Part shown: positions 57,163-64,000 of the stretch, piece after piece
How positions within the stretch are numbered: the first letter of the stretch is position 1
How the letters are laid out: every line of letters begins with the position of its first letter
Assembly: GCA_011364925.1 (NCBI GenBank)
Contig: RDOA01000008.1
Coordinates: 36,629 to 100,628 of the forward strand
Reading direction: 5' to 3'
Length of the DNA stretch: 64,000 nucleotides
DNA from: Promethearchaeota archaeon
Lineage (GTDB): Archaea > Asgardarchaeota > Lokiarchaeia > Sigyniarchaeales > SOKP01
The notes under the pieces: model-generated
The model's input: only the letters and a program-made list of their open reading frames with translations
What the model was told of the DNA's origin: nothing
Databases searched by the model: none
Position numbers and translations under genes: made by a program

Positions 57163-58263
57163 ATGGAACATACGAATATATCAATCGAAAACGATAAAAA
57201 CTTAATAGAGAAGGTTCTTGATGATATAGATATGAGGTACATTGTTTTATTTCTCTATGTCATAAGAAATGACTTATTTAAAGATCTGGTTGATTCAGAA
57301 CTGATTGAATCATATGAGAAAGTCTTAATTCTAGACGAAATTTTTAAAAACAATATTTTAAACTTCTGGAATGATGAATTTATTGATGTAGCTATTGATT
57401 TAGGTTTATTCAAAAACATACGAAGTATGAGAGAATTTCAGCAAAAAGAAGGAGACTTTATAATTCGCCTGGGTGAAGAAACTATAACAATTGAAAACAA
57501 CACTATTTCAGTCCCAGATCATACATTATTCTTAATAATAAATAAGAAGTTCAAGTTCTTAACAAGAAGGAATTTTAACTCAGCTTTGATAAAATTGAAA
57601 GGAGTGCGGTGTGAGATAAATAATGTTATCCATCCGTTTATCTCTGAAATAGGAGAACATGATTATACAATTCCAAATGATATTTATTACATTTTAGACC
57701 AATATGGTAATGTTTATCAAGCGATTAAAATAGAAATTACAATCGAAGGTATGTATCAAAGGTATTTGGAAATCCAAGAAAAAATTGACAAATTTATTGA
57801 AATCTTCGAGCCAAAATTAACGACTAAACCTTTTTTAAAGAAAATACATGAAGCCATAAAAGGAAAAAGAGACATTATCACGGCCTTAAAGGATGATAAG
57901 CTAGAATTGTCCGAGAAATTTGACTGTAGTAAAATTGATATAGAAAATCCAATTTTTAAAGACTGGAATTCCAAATTAATGCAATTGCTGAATTATTCAT
58001 TTCAAATGAAGGAAATAGAAAATCAAATACTAGATATTAAGAAATATTATTCCGGAAAGGGTAAAAAGTATAACTACCTTGAATTTATTGAGAAAATATC
58101 TTTTAATGAAAATAACATTGTAAGCAATATTCAAGATGCTTTGATTAAACTTAGAGAAGAGTTAAAAGATATCAACAATCAAATTGAAATCTTAACAAAG
58201 AAAAAACTAAAACTAATCAATTTGGATTATGAAAGATATTTAATAATGAGTAGTGATGAATAA
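57163..58263 (+). CDS. orphan protein P1 of AAA+-anchored cluster (366 aa; C-terminal coiled coil)
   Basis: First gene after a 189-bp divergent gap shared with elf1. ATG 57163 (the track uses TTG 57151). No motif recognised. Confidence 0.6.
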   Translation: MEHTNISIENDKNLIEKVLDDIDMRYIVLFLYVIRNDLFKDLVDSELIESYEKVLILDEIFKNNILNFWNDEFIDVAIDLGLFKNIRSMREFQQKEGDFIIRLGEETITIENNTISVPDHTLFLIINKKFKFLTRRNFNSALIKLKGVRCEINNVIHPFISEIGEHDYTIPNDIYYILDQYGNVYQAIKIEITIEGMYQRYLEIQEKIDKFIEIFEPKLTTKPFLKKIHEAIKGKRDIITALKDDKLELSEKFDCSKIDIENPIFKDWNSKLMQLLNYSFQMKEIENQILDIKKYYSGKGKKYNYLEFIEKISFNENNIVSNIQDALIKLREELKDINNQIEILTKKKLKLINLDYERYLIMSSDE

Positions 58264-58265
58264 TT

Positions 58266-59222
58266 TTGAAATGTTCTGCGTGTAATATCGAAATGGAATC
58301 ACTTGTTCCGGGAATATTCCAATGTCCACGTTGCAAAAAAATACAAAAACAAAAAGATGATAAAAAAGAGAAAGAAGCAGAAACACATATAGAGCAGGGG
58401 GAATTTCTGGATGGAGACTATTTCCATAAGAATGCTAGTCTTAATAAACAGTATGAAATTTGCGAAAAAGGAGTAATAATTGACAAAACAGAAACCCGCT
58501 TATTTGCTGCATTGATATGTCATAGCGCTTATTTAAAAGATGAAAAATATATAAGACTCTCATGGTGGAAAACATATCAACATGCGGGTATGTTTAAAAT
58601 ATACGACAAAGATGTATTGAATAATGTTATTACATCATTAGAAAAAATTAATGATAGTTTCGATGATGTTTGGAAATGGATTGGAAAATATGGTAAACAA
58701 GAACCTAAAACAGAAGAAATATTAGAAAAAGAAAAGTATTTAGAGTTACTCAGATCTCGGATAATTGAAAATCGTACCTGTCCAAAATGTCAAAAAAAAA
58801 TGAATAAAGAAAAATCTCACTACGAATGCCAACATTGTGGTGAGATTGTTATCCTTGAAGGCTACAACCAACCTATCTTTAACATACCTTCTAAAGAACT
58901 TGATTTATCCTTCCAAGCTAACTTTCCAATTAATTACTATATGCCTGTAAGTGGTATTACTGTAAAATGGCTTATGGGGGAATGGAAAGCAATAGTAATA
59001 ATTCATTCTAAAGATAATCCAAATAAAAAATGGCTCCGATTTTACTGGTGGATGAGAGATTTGAGTAATATTTTAAAATTTGGGCAAAGAGAGATAGGAG
59101 AGGGCACACAAATGGGCTGGAAAGCACAAAAAGGTATAGCTTCACCAAATATGTACGATAAAAAATTAGTAATCCCTTTAATTAAGGCGTTAAAGAAAAT
59201 CCAAGCAGATTTAGATTGGTAG
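58266..59222 (+). CDS. orphan protein P2: tandem duplication of [zinc ribbon + ~120-aa WW-containing domain]
   Basis: TTG start 2 nt after the P1 stop. Ribbons CSAC..CPRC and CPKC..CQHC. Each is followed by a unit with K(Y/W)(I/L)R(L/F)xWW ... YDK..V/L...L.KI. Confidence 0.65.
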   Translation: MKCSACNIEMESLVPGIFQCPRCKKIQKQKDDKKEKEAETHIEQGEFLDGDYFHKNASLNKQYEICEKGVIIDKTETRLFAALICHSAYLKDEKYIRLSWWKTYQHAGMFKIYDKDVLNNVITSLEKINDSFDDVWKWIGKYGKQEPKTEEILEKEKYLELLRSRIIENRTCPKCQKKMNKEKSHYECQHCGEIVILEGYNQPIFNIPSKELDLSFQANFPINYYMPVSGITVKWLMGEWKAIVIIHSKDNPNKKWLRFYWWMRDLSNILKFGQREIGEGTQMGWKAQKGIASPNMYDKKLVIPLIKALKKIQADLDW

Positions 59223-59256
59223 ATAATAACAATTTTTATAATAAATCGTGAAATTG

Positions 59257-60402
59257 ATGGAAAATTTTAAAGATTCTACATGGAAAGAATTACTTCAAGA
59301 CTTTCAAAAAGGTATAGATAGAGCGATTGAAGAACTGGAAAATAGAGATGTAGAAAACATCCCTGGGGCAAAAGAAGCTCTTATCCAAAGATTAAAGAAT
59401 ATGAGGCTTCATTTTCCTAAGAACAATGGTGAGATCTTTCTAAAGTCAATTAATGATAAAATTCAAAACGCCTTCTTTCCAAACACGAAAGATTTTACTG
59501 AAGCTTTTGAAAAAATAATCAAATCAAGAACACATGAACAAGATTTCATTATAAATGAGTTATTAAATGGTTTTGTAACATCAAAAGCTAAAGCCATAGC
59601 TTCAGGAACTCAGGGACCTATAATAGATAGAATGGTAGAGGCTTTTAGTAGAAGAAACGACTTCCATATTGTAGATTATCAATTTTTTGCAATGTTTGGA
59701 GATCCTAATAAGCCTCGTCATCGTGTTAAAAACCAACTTGAAGAACTTGCTAAAATGTTTGGTTTAGTCTCAAAAGAACTTATTGTTGAAAAAGATGTAA
59801 GAAGAAGTGAAGAAAAGGTATACACATTTTATACTTTTCCTGATGGGATAATTAAAATTCTTGAAGAAAAATATTTGATAATCGATGAAGAATTAGGTTA
59901 CGCTTATGTATCAGAAGCTTTTGATAGAAATGTATTTATTTGTATGTTTTTAGCTAATGTTGCAATCAATAGAGATAATATCAATAAGATTGGAGGATCT
60001 TACACTTTAAATGGTATTTCTGCAATTTTTGCTCTAATTCTATTATTGAGTTTTTTACCCAAATTGAGTATAGATGAGACTAGTCCGATCCTCAACGATC
60101 CGAATTATGATCCAGAAAGCATGAGTGTGATACCGAAATCTTGGATGATGAAACAAGTTCTAGATCCTCTCTTTGAGCCTCTAATCAAAATAATTGCTTA
60201 CAGGTTAGGAGGAGGTTTGTGGTTATCACATATAATCGATTCTGATATAAATAAGAGAATTCATAATCAAGTACGATTTTTAATTAAAGATGTTAACAAA
60301 TGGATTTTAGGACAATTAGTGAGAGTAGAAATCCCAATTTTCGTAGAGATTTCAAATATTTTCACAGAAATCGTTGTAGGGTATGAAGATGAACAATTAT
60401 AA
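59257..60402 (+). CDS. orphan protein P3 (381 aa)
   Basis: ATG 59257 (the track uses GTG 59248). Mostly helical, with one hydrophobic segment GISAIFALILLLSFL. No motif recognised. Confidence 0.6.
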   Translation: MENFKDSTWKELLQDFQKGIDRAIEELENRDVENIPGAKEALIQRLKNMRLHFPKNNGEIFLKSINDKIQNAFFPNTKDFTEAFEKIIKSRTHEQDFIINELLNGFVTSKAKAIASGTQGPIIDRMVEAFSRRNDFHIVDYQFFAMFGDPNKPRHRVKNQLEELAKMFGLVSKELIVEKDVRRSEEKVYTFYTFPDGIIKILEEKYLIIDEELGYAYVSEAFDRNVFICMFLANVAINRDNINKIGGSYTLNGISAIFALILLLSFLPKLSIDETSPILNDPNYDPESMSVIPKSWMMKQVLDPLFEPLIKIIAYRLGGGLWLSHIIDSDINKRIHNQVRFLIKDVNKWILGQLVRVEIPIFVEISNIFTEIVVGYEDEQL

Positions 60403-60422
60403 TTATACGAGTTGTAAAACTA

Positions 60423-61730
60423 ATGAGTTACAAAAAGAAATCCACGAGAATTGAGAAACCTGGTAGAAAAAGAGAAAAGTGGACGGATATTCTTCCTCGA
60501 TATCTTACATTTTTGACACACATGCGCCCGATTTTAAGAGAAACCAGGAGAATTATAATTGATTTAGATGCAGATCTATTATTAGACCCTGAAATCCTAG
60601 ATAAAATTAGAGAAGAAGAAGAAAAAAGAAACATCAGAAAAGTAAGAGCTTTATCCGAATTTTCTGCAATGTATAGATCAAATATCTACGAAATCATAAA
60701 AGATTTTTTAGTAAAATATAGGGATCGAATTCCAGTAATTGATATTAAAGATTACATTATAGAATTTTTGTTCGAATCCATAGATGCGTTAAATGTATTA
60801 CGACACATAACTAACCCTGATGAACAGAATTTAGAAAAAACTTACTTATATGCTCTAGTTAAATTTATCGAAGAAAAGCTGCTTCCTCGAGGTAGAAATA
60901 TAAACGTAATTTACAAAAAACTATTAGATGCTTCCCAAAACGTATATGAATGTCAAAGGCATATACTTCAACCACATACATACTATCGCGAAAAACTAGA
61001 GGATTCAGATTCATTTGAAATTCCAGGAATTTCCCCAAAAGTATATCAAATTATTAATAATATCACATCACTCCTTAATCTAGATCCTAATTTTGGAAAC
61101 TTTCCTGAAAGAGAGAACCATGAAATCCCAATGATTTTAAAGGCTGATATTTTTAACCCATATATAGATTCAATAGCAAATGCAGAAGAAAACGCAGTTG
61201 GTCAAATTTCTGAACGCATTGGACTTCGTATTATTGATGAGATTTTTCTCGCACCAAGAGAAAACTTAGTAGAAATCATGTTAGAAAATAATTTCGTACG
61301 TACCACTACACAATCTGATGGAACTATAAGATTATTACCCCAATTGAGCAATGAAACATTAATATTATACTATTTATCATTTGCTTCCCAAAGAAGAGGT
61401 TTCTTGACTAAAGAATTAATAAATTGGATATCAATGAACTTCGCTTTTTTAATGTATATGGGGATTTTAAAATGGAAATTATCTGATCAAAACATTTTCT
61501 ATCCAATTTTTAAAGATTTACAAACCAATGAGAAAATTCTTCCTTACTTAATGAAACTTATCTGTTTTCCTAACTACTTAGGCATAGATAAAATGAAGAT
61601 AAGGGATTCACCTCAGTATAGAAAAGAAATTTTCAACTTTATTGGTTCTCAAATAGATAATCTTAAAGATTTTATCAATGAAATAGCAATGTTTTGTGAA
61701 AAGTTTGATAAAGAAAGGAAAAATAACTAA
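60423..61730 (+). CDS. orphan protein P4 (435 aa, helical)
   Basis: ATG 20 nt after the P3 stop. Basic N-terminus, helical-repeat-like. No motif recognised. Confidence 0.6.
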   Translation: MSYKKKSTRIEKPGRKREKWTDILPRYLTFLTHMRPILRETRRIIIDLDADLLLDPEILDKIREEEEKRNIRKVRALSEFSAMYRSNIYEIIKDFLVKYRDRIPVIDIKDYIIEFLFESIDALNVLRHITNPDEQNLEKTYLYALVKFIEEKLLPRGRNINVIYKKLLDASQNVYECQRHILQPHTYYREKLEDSDSFEIPGISPKVYQIINNITSLLNLDPNFGNFPERENHEIPMILKADIFNPYIDSIANAEENAVGQISERIGLRIIDEIFLAPRENLVEIMLENNFVRTTTQSDGTIRLLPQLSNETLILYYLSFASQRRGFLTKELINWISMNFAFLMYMGILKWKLSDQNIFYPIFKDLQTNEKILPYLMKLICFPNYLGIDKMKIRDSPQYRKEIFNFIGSQIDNLKDFINEIAMFCEKFDKERKNN

Positions 61731-62856
61731 TTTACTATTAAATGAGTTGAGAAAAATTAATAGTTCGAAAGAAACAGCGAGAGAAAATATAACATTTACT
61801 GATGATGTTATAAAAAATAGGATAGGAAAATATGGTGCAGTCTATTTTCCTTCCGACATTCAAGAGTCTATTGAGGATATCTTAGGCAATGAAACAAAGA
61901 AAGAAATTTTACATGATTTTTTTAAAGCCTTGAAGAAATACCATGAATTTATTAAACAATTAAAAGGTTCGAAACTTAATCCTAGTTTAACTGTTCTCTT
62001 ATATGGGCCTCCTGGGACCGGAAAAACTTCCCTTACAAGAGGATTTGCAAAGGAATACAATATACCGATTTGTGTTGTAGAAACTGATAGACTTGTATCT
62101 CCCCTGCTTGGAGATACTATAAAACAAATTAGAAATGTTGTAGAATTAGCAGCTGAAATTGCAAAAGAGAGAGGAGCTTTTATTTTATTTTTTGATGAGA
62201 TTGATGCTATTGGATCTGAACGATCTAATATCCACGAAGTCGGAGAGATAAAACGAGCTGTAATCTCTTTTTTACAAGTTGTTGATCGAGTTAATTATGA
62301 AGGAGTGCCATTAGCTATTTTTGGAGCCACTAATCATCAAAATCAGTTAGATTCTGCCATTTGGAGGCGATTCACCTTCCATTTTAGCTTTGAATTTCCT
62401 GATTATCAATTAAGAAATCAAATCATTAAATCATTTCTTGATAAAGTTGGAAAAGCAAAAATTGGGGTTGATGATTCAATATATACTAGTTTGAGAGATG
62501 AATTTAAAAGAATTCAAGAGTTGATTAACGATTTAGAACGCAAATTAGGTCATACTGTCTCTGAATTCGAAGGGGATATCTTCTGGGACGAATTTCATAA
62601 AAAATATAAGGAGAAGGGTTTAATTGAACTATCTAAAGGGTATTCGGGTTCAGATATAGAGAGAGGTACGAGAGTAGCATTATTAAAAGCGATTAATACC
62701 GAACGCCTAACCTATGACCTTTTTTATAACTCATTAAAATTGGTTGGAGGTACGGCAATTCATGTAGAAAGACAAGATATTTTAAGTAATACGAAGCAAA
62801 AGATTTTTAGTACGAGTAGAGCAAAAGATGACCGAAAAAAACCACCAGAAATATAA
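61696..62856 (+). CDS. classical-clade AAA+ ATPase, Vps4/spastin/Msp1-like (P5)
   Basis: Walker [13 protein letters not shown], Walker B ILFFDEIDAIG, sensor-1/SRH FGATNHQNQLDSAIWRRF (RRF rather than PGRFD), lid GYSGSDIERG. Pore loop 1 is SPLLGD, with no aromatic residue. There is no ATG before Walker A, so the start is GTG 61696, TTG 61705 or TTG 61747. Confidence 0.85.
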   Translation: MKSLIKKGKITNLLLNELRKINSSKETARENITFTDDVIKNRIGKYGAVYFPSDIQESIEDILGNETKKEILHDFFKALKKYHEFIKQLKGSKLNPSLTVLLYGPPGTGKTSLTRGFAKEYNIPICVVETDRLVSPLLGDTIKQIRNVVELAAEIAKERGAFILFFDEIDAIGSERSNIHEVGEIKRAVISFLQVVDRVNYEGVPLAIFGATNHQNQLDSAIWRRFTFHFSFEFPDYQLRNQIIKSFLDKVGKAKIGVDDSIYTSLRDEFKRIQELINDLERKLGHTVSEFEGDIFWDEFHKKYKEKGLIELSKGYSGSDIERGTRVALLKAINTERLTYDLFYNSLKLVGGTAIHVERQDILSNTKQKIFSTSRAKDDRKKPPEI

Positions 62857-62904
62857 AAATCTTATTAAAAAAATAGATTAAAAGGTTTTATTCAAATAAA
62901 AATC

Positions 62905-63939
62905 ATGGAAAATCAATTATTTAACCTCAAGAAAATTAGAGAATTATTATCTCCAATTGAGCAACTTCAAAGTAACATTAACCAGTTAGAAAATTCAATT
63001 AATCAATTTAATACACAAAAGAATTATATTTCTACATCTACCAAAAATGAAACCTTTCTCACTCAAATTAACGATATATCAAATCTCATCGAAAATATCA
63101 ATGTAAACTTCAAAATTGTCTTAACTAATAACATAAACTCACTTCTTTATATTAAAAATAAACTGACGAATAAATACAAGAAAAATTTAAAAGATAATTT
63201 AAAAAAAGTCGATTTAAAAAGTATTCACACAAAATCTATTGGTCAATCTTTAATAGAGAAGAAAAGTATCAGTAAAATTAAAAATGAGATATCTTATACT
63301 CCCTCTGTAAGCACAAAACAATGGTTAGAATTAATTGATGCTTTAAATAGAAACATACTTTTTGCAAATTCTGCAAAAAAACTTCAAGATAATTATCTAA
63401 AAAATATAAAAAATAAATTAACCAATGAATTAGAAAAAATTCCAAATAAAACCCCTCCTTCAATTATTGAAGAATTTAAAGCCCAATTCAATAAAAATCA
63501 CGATTTGACTTATGAAGATTTTCTCAAAATATTTGATGGAAAATTTACAGAAAAGGAATTGCAAATTAAAGAAGAACTAGTATCTAAAAGAAAACAGAAA
63601 CAAGAAATCGAAGAATTAAAAAAAAAGCAAGAAGAACAAACAGAGACTTATGAAAGTTATTTGAAGTTATCAGAAGAAGAATTTGAAAGAAAATTGCGTA
63701 AAAGAAAAAGAGAAAAATTAACAGATGTTAAAGAACCAGGAAAACAAAGAAAGCTTGAACTCTCTGATGAAGTCACAGAAAAAATTCAAAAATTCAAAAT
63801 GAAATTTGATAAGGATTCGAACGATAACTTTTTAACAAAAGAGGAAAATGGAATAGATCCTATCAAGATTATCAGAGAAAGAAAAAGGAAAAATAAGAAA
63901 GAGTATCAAAAATATAAAAATCATTTTGAATCTGACTAA
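62905..63939 (+). CDS. orphan coiled-coil protein P6 (344 aa, N/K-rich, highly charged C-terminus)
   Basis: ATG 48 nt after the P5 stop. Heptad-like N-terminus and a K/E/R-rich tail. Confidence 0.6.
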   Translation: MENQLFNLKKIRELLSPIEQLQSNINQLENSINQFNTQKNYISTSTKNETFLTQINDISNLIENINVNFKIVLTNNINSLLYIKNKLTNKYKKNLKDNLKKVDLKSIHTKSIGQSLIEKKSISKIKNEISYTPSVSTKQWLELIDALNRNILFANSAKKLQDNYLKNIKNKLTNELEKIPNKTPPSIIEEFKAQFNKNHDLTYEDFLKIFDGKFTEKELQIKEELVSKRKQKQEIEELKKKQEEQTETYESYLKLSEEEFERKLRKRKREKLTDVKEPGKQRKLELSDEVTEKIQKFKMKFDKDSNDNFLTKEENGIDPIKIIRERKRKNKKEYQKYKNHFESD

Positions 63940-63961
63940 TAAAAGTGAAGTGAATCCAAAA

Positions 63962-64000
63962 ATGAGTCAAAAAAAATCCGAACTCGACATTGGATCAAAA
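63962..64000 (+). CDS. 5' end of a further co-directional gene (P7, truncated by window edge)
   Basis: ATG 22 nt after the P6 stop, reading MSQKKSELDIGSK... to the window end. Only 13 codons are visible. Confidence 0.3.
   Translation, partial: MSQKKSELDIGSK

Noticed and set aside
61687-61747. Possible programmed +1 frameshift fusing P4 to the AAA+ ATPase P5 (P5 lacks an ATG and overlaps P4)
   Set aside because: The P5 frame is open only from 61687. GTG 61696, TTG 61705 and TTG 61747 are available, and non-ATG starts are common in this window. No convincing slippery heptamer plus stimulatory structure was seen. Ordinary translational coupling is the simpler explanation.
1-64000. Search for CRISPR arrays, IS elements, integrases, prophage boundaries and long direct or inverted repeats
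   Set aside because: I found no regularly spaced repeats, transposase/integrase motifs or duplicated tRNA 3' halves while reading both strands. Composition looks uniform except for the tRNAs and the polyproline tract. I cannot exclude short or degenerate repeats without a computational scan.

Overview
Strongly AT-rich, densely coding archaeal chromosome segment: about 65 protein genes and 3 tRNAs. I saw no rRNA, CRISPR array, transposase or integrase. All calls come from reading the ORF translations and DNA by eye, with no database search. The window carries an archaeal information-processing core: RpoH-RpoB, PolD DP2/DP1, Orc1/Cdc6, PAN, TFE, MBF1, NAC, Cbf5, Pelota, RtcB plus archease, Elf1, class III RNR and CDP-archaeol synthase. 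It also carries four eukaryote-like small GTPases (three Rab/Ras-like, one with Arf-like motifs and Rag/Gtr-like architecture) and several roadblock/longin-like domains. Together these point to an Asgard, Lokiarchaeia-like genome. Top hunt results: (1) A tightly packed co-directional cluster of at least 6-7 genes (57163 to the window end). Its only recognisable member is a Vps4/spastin/Msp1-like AAA+ ATPase with a non-aromatic pore loop, set among orphan coiled-coil, helical and duplicated zinc-ribbon proteins. This is my best candidate for an undescribed system. (2) An unannotated 51-aa ORF (50747-50902) below the ORF-track cutoff. Its N-terminus closely matches the eukaryotic WH2 actin-monomer-binding motif. 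(3) A small coiled-coil protein with a GPPGG/polyproline tract and a basic C-terminal helix (54050-54493), which may be a ligand for profilin or another proline-recognition module. (4) A tRNA-Lys(UUU) with a 30-nt intron in the T-loop, framed by a clean bulge-helix-bulge. (5) GTPase novelties: a Rag-like G-domain-plus-roadblock protein divergent from ilvE, an inverse roadblock-GTPase fusion, and a Rab-like GTPase whose tail carries repeated EIEFEAPPVPEP motifs and ends in a zinc ribbon. (6) Obligate TTG/GTG starts on core genes (rpoB, rpoH, pan, pelota, DP1 and others). (7) A PolD-Orc1/Cdc6 replication island with a candidate origin.
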